Shown here: positions 51,301 to 64,000 of the stretch, one piece after another
How positions within the stretch are numbered: the first letter of the stretch is position 1
How the letters are laid out: every line of letters starts with the position of its first letter
Source: Gnetum montanum
Lineage: Eukaryota > Plantae > Gnetophyta
Assembly: GCA_015680685.1 (NCBI GenBank)
Contig: MNCI01001743.1
Coordinates: forward strand, 154,472-218,471
Direction of reading: 5' to 3'
Length of the DNA stretch: 64,000 bases
Notes under the pieces: model-generated
What the model was told of the DNA's origin: nothing
Database searches by the model: none
Seen by the model: the letters and a program-made list of their open reading frames with translations, nothing else
Program-made: the position numbers and the translations under genes

Positions 51301-51979
51301 TTGTTGTCTTCCCAGACTTACTTGTATTGTCACAGTTGTATGGTTAAGTAAGTCTGAGGTATATGATTTTTATAACTTTTGTCTTTTTATCACCTATGCT
51401 AAGAGAGGAAAGGGTGAAGAGACTAAGTAACTAACTTTCACTAACTAAGCTTTAATTGTCCTAGCATTAGTATCCATTCCCACTTGCTGTACACACCATG
51501 AACTAGTGCAACACTATTGGGATTACCAAACGCTATTCGTTACTAGGTTACCAAGCGTAGCACACATGCTTGAAGCGGTCGTATTGAATGCACTTAACTA
51601 GGAGTTGAGGGTTGAGAGAGATTAATTATCTAAGAAAGCATTTAAGCATTTAACATTAATTATATCCTAATTAGCTTAGTCCATGCACTGGAAGGTTTAT
51701 TAGAAAGTTCGTCTTTATTTCCGTACAAAAATGTGTGCTCAGGTACAATTTGCTTGAATAAAGATCCATTCACTTTGAGACTCCTACAGCGGGCACATGG
51801 AAATTATTCTATCTCTGGAATGGTAAAAGTGCTAGAGTTTAGCTAAGGGTCTATATTGATGATCTTACAATGGAAAGCCACCTCTTATTTATAGACAAGG
51901 CGACGGGCTACGATATCGCGTACGTGATATCGCAAGGGTCGACGTGAAATCATGGCCCATGTGATATCACGTCCCATCA
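45311..51979 (-). mobile_element. Nested non-autonomous Athila-like element (gag plus protease, no RT/RH/IN)
   Basis: Perfect TSD GAAGC (45306-45310 / 51980-51984); LTRs 51181-51979 and 45311-46008 (cut by N); PBS TTGGCGCCGTTGCTAGGGAC at 51180-51161; gag 49568-49969; protease ALLDLSSKANLI 48699-48300. Confidence 0.92.
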
Positions 51980-51984
51980 GAAGC

Positions 51985-54900
51985 GTATTCCATGCATCGC
52001 ATATAGAAATAGCGGGTGCAATTGCATGCAAAAGATTTGGTCAATCAAGAGTACATACATTAAGGCATGAAATTAGTGTGCACAAAAAATTAACATTCAA
52101 AGGTGTCTATATGCAACAACCACAAAGCAAGAGGACACCTAGTGGCTAATAGTTGATTCAGATAGCAACACAATATGCATGGAGCCAACTGAGAGCTGAA
52201 CATGTGCATATGTTGAAGGCATGAAAAAAATTGAACAAGTTCATTCTCAACTCTCTAATGAAGATGATGATACTTGTTGGGGAGAGTTGGAAATCCCTAA
52301 TCACTTCAAGCAAGAGCCCTTAGAGCTAACAACTTTACCAACTAGTATGGAGTATGCATTTTTAAATAATGGTAAACTAGTCATCATTAATGTCAAACTT
52401 ACTCCTGAGCAAAAAGAAACATTGTTGGAAGTGGTGAATAAATGGTCAACAACATTTTCTTGGTCATATCTAGAGCTAATAGGAATCGATCCAAGGATAT
52501 GCTAGCATCACATCTACACAAACCTAGCCATGAAACCTATAAGGTAGTCGCAGAGGTGGCTAAACCCCAAATTGAAGCAAATCATCAAAGAGGAGATAGA
52601 GCAACTCCTCAAAGTGGGGTTTATCTATCCAATCACGGATAGTGAGTGGGTTAGTCCACTCATAATTGTATCAAAGAAGGATGGTAAATGAAAAGTTTGC
52701 ATCAACTTTAGGCTATTAAATATGGAAACATTTAAGGATTACTTTCCTTTGCCATTTGTGGATCAAGTATTAGACACCATATCTGGGCATTGTTATTATA
52801 GATTTTTGGACGATTATAGTGTTTATAACCAAATCCAAATTGCAGTTGAAGATCAAGCCAAGACAACATTCATGAGTCCTTGGGGGACTTTTGCATATTG
52901 CAAAATGCCATTTGGCCTATGCAATGCCCCTACAACATTTCAACGCTTGGTTCTTAGTATCTTTCAACAGTAAATTGGTGGTGGTGTTGAAGTCTTCATA
53001 GATGATTTTTTCACCTATGGAGCTACCTATGAGCAAGCCTTGGACTGACTTGAGCAAGTATTGAAGAGATGTGTAGAGACAAACCTACAGCTCAATTGGC
53101 AAAAGAGCCATCTCATGGTCCAAGAAGGCATTATGCTAGGGCACCGAATTTCACAAAAAGGGATTGAGGTAGACCTCAAAAAGATAAGGGTTATCCAAGG
53201 AATAACACACCAACCAGAGATCCTTAAAGATGTTCAGTCATTCCTTGGACATACTGGTTACTACTGGTGATTTATTGAGAATTTCTCTAAGATTACAAAG
53301 TCGTTGGTAGAGGTTACAAAGAAAGATGCACCTTTCATTTGGACTAAGAAATGTGAACATGCATTTCAACAATTAAAGGAAAAACTCATAGAAATACCAA
53401 TCCTATGAGCACCAGATTGGTCCAAACCATTTTATATCATGACAGTTGCATCTAACTATGCTTTGGGAGCAATGCTCATGTAGCTGGATGATAAAAAATG
53501 TCCATATTATATCCACTACGCAAGTCAAAGCATTATGGGAACATAGTTAAATTACATCACCATGAAGAAAGAATTAATAGTAGTGGTGTAGACACTAGAA
53601 AAGTTTAGGCACTATGTGTTGGATTACAAAGTATTTGTACATACGGACCACAACAAAATTTGCTTCCTCATGAATAAGCTGATGGTGAGCCCTCATGTCA
53701 TACGATGGCTTGTGATCCTGTAGGAATTCGATCTCACTATGGTAGATCGAAAAGGGACTGAGAATGTGGTCGCTGACCATCTCTCTCATTTAAGATGGGA
53801 TAATAAAGAGGAGGAGAGCTCACTATCTGATAAGTTTCCAGATGAACTCCTCTTTACTAGAGTAATAAATGAACAAACACCTGCAGAAGCAATATGGTAT
53901 AATGGCATCCTCACATATCTTTTCACTCAAGAGATGTCACAAGACTTAGATTTTAGGAAAAAGCATCAATTTCTTCATCAGTCAAATACTTCATGAAAAT
54001 CAATGGACACCTTTACAAGGTGTGTGCCAATGGCCTAATTCATTAGTGTCCCTAACAAAAATAAACTACGTGTTCTCCAGGATGCTCATGAATGGCCTTG
54101 CGAAGGCCACTATGCAGGGAGATGCACAACCATAAAAATCTTGATGGCAAGATACTATTGGCCTACAATCTTTAGGGATGCCCATTAATTTGTCAAGTCT
54201 TGTGAACGTTATCAATGTGATGGGGGGATGACCACTCAAATGGAAGGTCCTCAATAGTGGATTTAACCACTAGAACCTTTCGACATATGAGTTGTTAACT
54301 TCATGGGTCCCATCACACCCATGTCCAACGGGAAGGCATATATTATAGTAGTAGTTGACTACTACACAAAATAGATAGAAGTAGTAGCGATTACTGATTG
54401 TACATCATCCACTGCTGCCAAATTTATACAACAAAATATCATAAATAGGTTTGGGATGCTACATTCACTAATTTCTGATAATGGAACTCATTTCACAAGT
54501 GTTACATTTAGAAAATTAATGCAACACTTGGGGGTAGAACATNAAAGTGTTACATTTAGAAAATTAATGCAACACTTGGGGGTAGAACATAAATTAACAA
54601 CACCTTACCACCTCCCAAGCCAACGGTCAAGTAGAGGTAACTAACCAAGATATTACAAAAATACTAACACAGACCATTAGCAAATATAGGAAGGGCTAGA
54701 GTACAAAACTTAATGATGCTCTCTGGGCTTATTGTTCAACTCAGAAACTTCCTATTGGCTATTCTCCCTACAAGTTAGTGTATAGGAAACTTTGAATGCT
54801 CCCGATTCAATTTGAGCTCCATACACTATCAACGGCCTGTGATCTAAACCTTGACCTAAGTCTAGCACAGAAGGAAGGATTGATCAATCTAAACATGCTA

Positions 54901-55290
54901 GACAAAAACTGCTTAGTGGCTCTATCCTTGAATGAGGTGAATAAGTCATTTAGCAAGCAACATCATGACCTTAGAATCAGTAAAGTAAAACTTCAACCAG
55001 GAGATAAGGTTCTTTACTAGTATCCCACACATGTACCCCAAAAGACAAAATTTCCAACATTGTGGGAGGAACCTTATATAATTGATCAAACCTTTCCCTT
55101 TGAGGCTATGTTAATCTACAAACTTGACAACCCAAATAAAAAGTAGTTGATCAATATCCAACAAGTCAAACATTTCCTAGAACCAAGATAGGCTAGTGTA
55201 AATACTATCTCAATAGATGGACAACCATGTTCTATTTTTTGGATCTCCTCCTTCCAACTCAGTCATGGGGAAGATAGCCATCCATGCTAA
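51985..55290 (+). pseudogene. pol of the host Gypsy: RT - RNase H - integrase
   Basis: KDYFPLPFVDQVLD, MPFGLCNAPTTFQR, FIDD (~52996), SFLGHTGYY, RNase H ASNYALGA..YTDH, integrase H..GH, LISDNGTHF, NGQVEVTN. Confidence 0.93.
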
Positions 55291-57372
55291 CCATCAAATT
55301 GCCTCTAGGTTTTTCTACTTTTTGTTTGTCATGTTCTTGATTTTTACAAATTATTTATTTTACAAATTCTTGATTTTTCAAATTTTCTAATTTTACACCA
55401 TCTTTAGTACTTTTTGAACTTTCTTGACTATTTTTACATTTTCTTATATATTTTACTTTGTTTTTTTATTGAAGTATGATATTTTCTCATTTTTGCTAAT
55501 AAATTTACTTTATTGTCACAGGACATAGTGCCGCTATTGTTGTTTACTAATGATGGTTTGTGCTTAATGTGTGATTGTCGATGTCTAGTTTTTATTTTTG
55601 AATTCTGATGTTTGATGACTTTGACATGATTTATTTTTCATGGAATAGGCAATGAGTCCACGTCATCTGCCCATCCAATGAACTCTATGATTTTCCTTGT
55701 TTTGGGAATTTAGTGTCCCTTTTCATTAAAGAAACTTTTAATTACTCAGTGACCTTGCTAGTTCTGGAATTAGGAAGGATTCAAAGGTTTGTAAAGGGTA
55801 TGACTTCAAGGGGACTTAATACTCTTTGTACTCTTCTACTTACTTGAGTGCTTGAGTGTTTTTCACAGACTTCTTGCCATTCCACACCAACCACTAATAG
55901 GAAGTCAAATGACATCATTGCATGGTGTGGTTTCCATTTCAAAAAAATAAATAATGAAAAAAAAATAATGGGAATTCAAAGCACACCCCTTCAACATGAA
56001 TAAGTCCTCACATGGTGTGGTTCCCATTTCAAAAAAAAAAAAAAAAAAACCAATGGGAATTCAAAGCACACCCCTTGGACAAATAAAAGAGCTACAAGCA
56101 CTGGTTATGGGACTCGAACAATATGCACCTATGCTTGAAGGTCCCCTCTAACTAAGGCCCCTTCTCTTACTTCCTACTTCTCATTTCTTCTCTTTGTGGA
56201 ATGGTGGTGGTTTTGTGTGTCTCATGTGGGCAGATTGGTCTTAGAGTGGTGATGCAAAGTCACTAAAAGCATATGGTTTTGGTTTGGATTGAAGATGGAA
56301 CTTCCTAGGTTATTTTAACCACAAATTCCACAAGGGACTTCTTATGACCTTAACTTGGAACTCCATTCCACATTCTCTATCATCCATCTATGTTACCATA
56401 ACTTACGTCATTGTCATGTTCTATGTTATGCTCCATGTCTTAGTCTGATGTGTTGGGATTCTTGAATAGATTCTTTGAGGTTGGTCTTTAACTTTTCATG
56501 ACCATTAATTGACTATGGGACCCACGAACCCTCCAGTAGAGGTTATGAAAGGGCAAAAAGGGCATGAGCCTACTACGGGGAGGATCCACTTATATAGCTC
56601 TTGGCTTGATTAGTTAAGGTTCCTTACCTTTGACATCACTACAATCCTACCTTTTGCATTTTCCATTGCGTAAATTGCTCAGTACTCAGTTTTTCATTTC
56701 ATTCATTCACTAAATTAATTTTCCTTCATTTTTTCAAATTTATAAGCTTCAACACCCTCTTCTCATTTTTTCATACTATTCTTGTCTTCTGAGCTTCCAT
56801 TTGACCCCAATTTCATCCAAAAGTTTCTTATATTTTAAAAGTTTGACCAAGTCAATGATGGTCGTTGACTACGTCAATGAGGCCTCATTGATGCAGTGCT
56901 TAGATCCTATATATACCACCAGAAACTTTGGATTTTTTTTCAAATTACTCATAACACATGAGAAATTTTTGCAATTTTTCAGAGCCCAAAACCTTACAGA
57001 GCTCATAACTTTCCAAACGTTTGTCCAAATCACTCCGTTTTTCGATCCTATGCTTACTAGAGGTAAGATCTTTATCATGGGGGCCACAAACCTTAAGGTT
57101 TCCAATGAAAAATTAATGAAATATTTTGGAAATTTTCCTAACTCCCCTAAAGGGTTAATAACCTTAACCATATATAAACATCAACATTTCTCAAGTTAAC
57201 CCCTCCAACAACCTTCGGGATGAATTATTCATAATAACACATACTAAATGAGTTAATTAAATAAGCCATAATCACAAGTTAGCCAAGTGTAAGTATCCTC
57301 AAGAGTTAAGGTATCCCAATTACTTTAAGGTTACACAATGATTGCTAATTCATGATGTTATTATGATTACAA

Positions 57373-60200
57373 ATGGCACCTAAACAAAAACATATGCAGG
57401 AATGGGAACCCTCACAACCATGGGAGAAATGACCTAGAGCTAGAAGGGGCCAACAAGAACAAGGCCAAGAACTACCAGAGGCAAGCCATGCAATAGGACC
57501 TCTTTAGGAGGAGCTCAAAGTGGAATCTGTTTGATAGATTCCAGAAGAAGAAGTGGCAACTGAACAATCACAAAGAGGAGAAGTGCCTGGACCTGTGCCA
57601 AGGCTTGAGGTCACATTGAATCAAGCTTGCCTAGACATCATTCGGTCCCGAGACATTCAAAGATCAATTCTTCAGGAGATTAACTTTCAGCCATTATTAA
57701 ACAAAGCCCTAGAGGATGTCAAGACACAACTACAGAGCTTTGCCATGTGGCTAGTCATCATATCCAGTGGGGAATGGTACATGGGAGAGACCTATCTCTT
57801 CTGGAGTAGCTGAAGGTTGGGGTCTATTATCAAGATCAAGGACATTCAGGTATCCTACTCTGTAGAAGCCATTACACAAGCACTTGGGTTGCCTGACATA
57901 GGAACACAACTAGCTAAATTGTCTACAAAAGGTGATCTTGAGCCCAAAAGGGAGTGGACCCAATGATCCTACGGGGTCGACTATAAGTAGTATGGTGTGC
58001 TCACATGGGCAGAGTGGATTTATTTCAAGATTGCATCATATTACCTCAATTCAATGGTGAGACAAAGTAAGGTGACTACTTTCTCTGCCCGAGCATGCAC
58101 TACTCTAAGTGGAAAGTTCCTTGTTAACCTTCCACAATTGCTATACTTGGAGATTGAAAAATGTTTCAAGAAAATGAATGTGAAAGGAAGACCTTGCTCG
58201 TTTCATGCCTCATCAAAAAAATTTGCTAAAGGGAAGGCATTGTTCACTACTCTAACAACACTCTTAGGCATGTTCCTGTGGCCTCATGGGTAGAAATCAT
58301 GAAGGATAAAACACCAGTGACAACCCAAGAAGAGGAGTTGCCACCACCACCACCCAGTCGGTAAACAACACTGGAGGCCCGCGCAACCATTGAACGTCTA
58401 CAAAAAATCTAAGAATAGCTCTTGAGCGAACAAGAGCAACAAGTAGAAATGAGTGGGGCAAATCCATTTATGTATCGGGCAGCAATGAGTCACCTTAATG
58501 AGGTGGCCCAAATAGTTAGTTAGATGGAGAGGGGTGGTTCCATTTTCTTTGTGCAAAGAATGCAGCTACCTTCGAGGTCAAATCCTAATGCTCGAGAGGT
58601 AATGATGTCATTAGCAACACACCATCTATTTCCAGAAATCTCTAGGAATGTTGTCACTTTCTCAGTGAGGTTGGAGGAAGGCAAAAAGGAAACTATCTTG
58701 GTGATGTAGCACCATGGGTAGGAGATAACTATAGAAGTGGTAGCTGACTATGTAGTTGGAGCACTGAATGCACTCGCGGCATATGTACTAGATGTATCTA
58801 CACTCCAATATGTGCAAACATCCACAAGCATGGTCAGCGGCAAGTTAGATGTAGCTCAACTGAAAACTTCTTAGAACGACTGGTAGGAACTAGGCAACCA
58901 ACTCCGAACATCTTTGATCTTCTAGAGAACATCATCACAACCTAGTTAGAGTTGCTAAATGCAAGGGGCAGATGCATTATTTTGGAAGGACAACTAGAAA
59001 CAACCCAAGAGCAAAATCAATGCTTGGCTGCGCAAGTTGCCGAACTTCATGCTTGACTTGTAAAACAAACAATCCTAAACCCAGTAGTGACAAGAGATGA
59101 AGCTATCAAATGGCTTTAAGAACAATTTCAGAAGGCTGAGGAGGAGGTAGTGATGACCATCTTTAAATAGTCCATAGCTAAAGTTGAAATTTACTCAATC
59201 AAAAAGAACTTGAATTAGATGTGCTAGGAGAATGAATTATTGACCATACAAAATCATCACTTGTGAAATGTTGATGCATAGAAATATTAAATGCAAGAAT
59301 TCATTCATCAACAATAGGAGTATCTTGTAAGGGTAAACACTAAATTGAGGAAATTGGCCATAGAGAACCACAATCTATCAATGAAGGAGGTACGCATCTT
59401 GTGCTAGAAATCAACCATCGAGATCACTACCTAGAAGAATGAAGCTCTCAAATTTGAGAAAATGAAAAATCAGTACAAGGACCAGGTCAATTTGCAAAAG
59501 GAAGTGAATGAAAAACAAATCTAGATGGCAAAGGCGAAAATGAATGAAGCCATCTAACAACTGTAGTAAGGAAGAGAGATGTGGCAACCCATCCTTGATG
59601 GGATTGACGCCTACAACAAAGTAGAGATTTGCTTAAAGGAGTTGCAAATTGAGGAGATGATAGAGTACATGGAGTTGTCCAATCTTTATTATGCAAGCCT
59701 GGTAATGCTGACTACCGGATGGCCACAGTCAGAGTTAAAAAAACAAGTGGCTAGCTCATATCTGCTATACGAGGCCAAGTTCAAACACCACAAGGACACT
59801 AAGCAAAAGCTTGAGACTGCTAATGCTGAACTCAAAGTTCTCAAAGGATGATTTAGATATCAATGATCTATTGTTGAGAACCTAGCCAGATGGATGAATG
59901 ACTACTAGAAGCTGAAGAACACAATGAGAGTGTTAAACATTGAACATAAACAGTTTGCTACCTAGTTTGTCAATGCCAAGCAGTTGAGCAATCTTGTGTC
60001 CTTGGGGAAGCTGTGTGCATGGTGCATGATCCTAGGAGAAGGAGGAGAAAATGAAAGCACTTCTGGATGCTTTTTGCCTACTGCCTGAAGTTGCAGTAGT
60101 AGTAGGACAACCACAACCACCTCAACCATTGCTAGTGCGTGAAGTCGGTGAGGGTCTCTTGGAGCTTTAGGAACCAACATTGCTTGGGATCATTTGATCT
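57373..60200 (+). pseudogene. Extra 3' ORF (Athila env-like/accessory): Transposase_32-like domain, Pro-rich linker, long coiled coil
   Basis: Starts MAPKQK; ..IQVSYSVEAITQALGLPDIG..SKVTTF..VNLPQLLYLEI; LPPPPP; heptad-rich pieces 58400-60000; many stops. Confidence 0.65.
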
Positions 60201-60444
60201 TCTCCAATAAGCTTCACACCATCAAGGAATGTGTTGTTCAATTTTTGAAGAGTTGAATCATGGTGTTCAATTTTGTATCCTGAACACCTTTATTTTTATT
60301 TTTTATAATGTGTTGATCCATACACTCCATTTTTTGTCAAGTCAGTCAGTTTGTTTTATGTGAAGAAAAGTTAGTCAATAATCCCATACCTTCCCAATTT
60401 TGTAATAGAACTCGAGGACGAGTTTTCATTTAGTCATGGGGGTA

Positions 60445-61361
60445 TGATGAGTCATGTTAAGTTGGTTGCATCGATGAGGCCTTGTTGATGCAGCTTCATC
60501 GACGAGGCCTAATCGACGCATCTTACCATGTGTCGATGAGGCCCGTTGATGCAGTGTTAGTTTTTTTGACTTTTGGCTATAAATATGCTCTTGTAGTCGC
60601 ATTTATGGCATAATAGATTGTAATTGCAGCGGAGCTTTTGCATTTTTTCCATTTGAAAGTTAGAATCTTTCCTTTGAGTGCTTGTAGCAAGAGTCATTAA
60701 GTGTATGGATCTTTATTCGAGCATTGTTGTACTTGAGCACGATAGTGTGTGTGGTAATAAAGATGAGTTTCTGATAAACCTTGAAGCAGTTTGGATAGAT
60801 TAGCTCTTTATTTATGCATTTACTGTTTCCAATTATTTATTCAATGCTTTTAATTAGTTATTAAATATTTTCCAGTTATTACATTAATGAGGCAATTAAA
60901 TGAGGTAGATTATACACATAAGTACGATCGTTTCGAGCGTTGCACGTATTTGCTTGGTACTCCCAGCAACATTATCGCTTGGTACGCCTAGTAGCATAGC
61001 ACTTGGTCACCCAACAGTGGATACGTGGGTTTAGGACATGTACAGAAAGTGAAAATAGATACTTATGTTAGGATTAGTTAATTAGTTAATTTAAAATAGT
61101 TAATCAAATTTCTTTTTATCTACATTTTAAGCACCCAATTATAAAACATAAAAATGATAAAAATCAAATGTCTCAATTACACTTAACCATACCAACAAAC
61201 ATCACAAGTGTACTTGGGAAGAAAACGATTGACCTTAGGCTAAATTCACTTCCTAAAGGCTAGTGCATTAGAAACGGCAAAGTCTACGGAATTCAACTAG
61301 ATCATGCATGAATGTTTGGTGATTTGTATGGTTGGGTGTAGGGGTACCTCACCGCTCATCA
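60445..61361 (+). repeat. 3' LTR
   Basis: Preceded by the PPT (CATGGGGGTA), followed by TSD AATGG. Confidence 0.95.
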
Positions 61362-64000
61362 AATGGTAAGCAACTAATGTAGCCTATAGTAAACCATAAA
61401 ACTAAAAATTTAAAAACTAAAAACAATGTTAAAATATAAACTGTGGCAATATGAGAACAATTTTTACTTACCCAACTTGAGAAAAGTTGAAACCTTGGGT
61501 TGAATTAATGTACAAACTCCTAAATCTTGGAGATGCCAAAACTCATGCATGTGTAGTTATACATTTTTGGTATACTCGGGAATATTGCATCCTGCACTTA
61601 GCAAAGTGTGCAACAAATTGGTTGAGCATTTGCACTCTAAGGTTATCTCCTTATGTGAATTCCTCCAAGGCTATGCAAACTAAGACCAAGGTTTGGCACA
61701 TTTTTGCCATTTAATGGAGTAGATTTTATTATTGAAAGGGAGTTCCATTTATCATCCATTTTGTATTGATTTAAGAGAAAAATGATCTACCTATAACATC
61801 AAAACATTTTACATTGAATTTTTGAAACAATTTATGGTGAACAATTTAGAAGCAAACATGTAGCTTTAAGGTCATGGGCGGATGAGTGTTTGGGAGAAGT
61901 TTCAAAGATAAGAAATCACTAGAAAAGCCTCAAACAACAATCTTGAGGTTGGCATCATTACAGAAAGCATACAATTGCTGGACAGCATTGCCCAAATGCA
62001 ATTGTCATGTAAATTGGAGAAAACAAGGATAAACTTCACATACGATATTTTGCCGTTATTGAAAATTCTGCAGGTTGTGAATCCCTTGGCTCCTGAACTA
62101 AGGAAACAAGGCAACGGTGGATTTATTTGCAAATGATGAGGTACAGAATCCTAATGACCTAAAACTGTTCAAGGAGGATTATGCTCTTTCCCATGAAGAA
62201 TTCGTGAACACTAAACTGACCATGAGGTTGGAATGGGATATGCTAGATATTGTAACTACATTTACATACATCTTGGTGTCATGAGCAGTGCAGCATTCTA
62301 ATGATTAATTTCATGACTTCCTCAAGAGCAGCGCAGCATTTTAATGATTAATTTCATGACTTGCTCAAGAATCATAATCTGGTGGTTCTCAAGTTGCCTC
62401 ACTGGAATGTATCCGTAGAAAGAGAAGACATAAAGGGTTGTGATGGCATCACGCTCCCTTAAAATTGAAATTCTGGAAGGGTTTGGCTTAGGCCCCACGC
62501 TCGAATAGGTGCTGATAAGAGACTTCAAGCGGAGATGCCACTCAAGAAGCTCCATCTGCAACTGATGCTTCATATTGACGTTGGATCATTCAAGAATACT
62601 GCAAATCTTGTGGACGGCTCAACAAGTTGGAGGAAGAAACAGACGACTTAAACGAGAAGAAGGATAATCACCAATAACATGAACAGAACCAAGAAGAAGA
62701 AAATTGTTATCCACCGACAATTTGCTTGGAAGAGGGTGAAATCGCATCTGTGGCAGGAGAAGCATGTGTAGCGGATCTGAAGAGCAGAGGATAATGATGA
62801 TGAGCTACTAATGTGGGAACACCCCTGGTGTTGTTGCAGAGGCAGTGAGGGCATATGGGTTTTGGGGGATGAGGCTTACTCAGAGATCTGCCATAATCAT
62901 GGAGGGCATTTCACTGCAAGCTTTAGACAGCCTCATCTTCATCTTGTACCAATGGCTGCCGTGGTTGCCCTGGTATTGGAACTCAATGTTGGCATTGCCA
63001 AGGAAATGCATCTTGATGACATTTAGAACTGCTTCATCCATGGCTGACGGCACCAACTTGATGGAATCCTCTTGGGGCAGCTCTGTTTCAACTCTGTTGC
63101 GTTTGTGTTACTGTGTTTCCAACTGTCAATTACTATTCTGGTGCAGAGCAGCGTGGTTGTTAGACGGCGGGCAGGACTACGAGACGGGCCAACATGGACG
63201 GTGAAGCAACACATGGACCAGGACGGAAGCCACCTTGGCTGGGGCCTGGCCACTGTGTTCACGATGCCTGACGCGACAATGATTGGTAGCCGAAATTGCT
63301 GCCAATTCTCTGCTCCTATCTTACGATCCATTTGGACATGGAGCGTCTCACTAAGGTGGAGTTTCTCTGGAGCTTTGCTTCTGGAAAATGCAGTAATAAT
63401 GGTACCATCAACGTTTTTCGGTTATTCTACACCAACACTGTGGAGGAGAACCTGGCCAGAAAACCCATGGATTACTGCTTTGAGTTATGTGGCTCTGATT
63501 CCTGCCGATGGCTTCTCAGGAGACGGGCCCAGGTTCTGTTTCTGATTTATCAAATGCTTTCTGCTAACGGTGGTGTCGTGGACTTTTCTCAGAATAAGCA
63601 GGGCTTGCAGGAATTAGCTACGGTGCTGTGCAATCTGTGTTCAGGGTTTGAGATTTCAATGCCTTTTCAGGATGATAAGCATGTATGACCGGTTGCTGGT
63701 TTCACTGAAATAGACTAGCCGGAGACCAAGGATGAACAGATTTCCTATAAGGATTTTTGGGCTGCTCAAGCAAGCCGCAGCTATATGCAGCAGGATAATC
63801 CATCAGATGCAAATATGGATTTTTACGATCAATCTGTTCTTGGGTTTAGCCAAGAAAATAGCTCTAGTCCACCAATGTCGGAGACTTTACAGGAATTAAG
63901 CCGAGGCCATCGCCCTGCTCAGCGTGTTTCTCGCGGCTGGGGATTGTAGAAGCAACACGCTGGAAGCCGTTGCTGACCATTGATAAATATTTCACGGAAG

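Larger units (their letters stand above)
41398..61361 (+). mobile_element. Athila-like Ty3/Gypsy LTR retrotransposon (~13.3 kb plus a 6.7-kb nested insertion), degenerate
   Basis: LTRs 41398-42317 and 60445-61361 (TGATGA..TCATCA); perfect TSD AATGG (41393-41397 / 61362-61366); PBS TTGGCACCATTGTTGGG (tRNA-Asp type) at 42318; G-rich PPT before 60445; gag-PR-RT-RH-IN order; extra 3' ORF. Confidence 0.95.

Noticed and set aside
54497-54592. Tandem duplication in integrase (SVTFRKLMQHLGVEH x2)
   Set aside because: Centred on an N (54543); contig-overlap artefact.

Overview
Eukaryotic land-plant genomic DNA (large, TE-rich genome; species not identifiable from sequence). One host gene is supported: FRA10AC1 (spliceosome C-complex protein) on the minus strand, ATG at 36420, six small coding exons down to 6788, with the remaining exons not found in the window. 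Its introns hold at least seven copies or fragments of one L1-clade LINE lineage. The most notable feature is this LINE's ORF2. After APE endonuclease, RT and zf-RVT it has no RNase H. It continues in frame into an ~180-aa domain resembling the Athila/Ogre accessory ('Transposase_32/env-like') domain, a Pro-rich linker, a coiled coil and a C-terminal DnaJ J-domain (HPD motif). The J-domain is seen in four divergent copies, one of them full length with poly(A) and a 15-bp TSD. A GC-rich, nearly intact copy looks like a young, possibly heterozygous insertion. Upstream of the gene lie solo LTRs and a ~20-kb Athila-like Ty3/Gypsy element (5-bp TSD) with a nested antisense gag-protease-only relative. 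Domain assignments are by eye and need HMM or structure confirmation.
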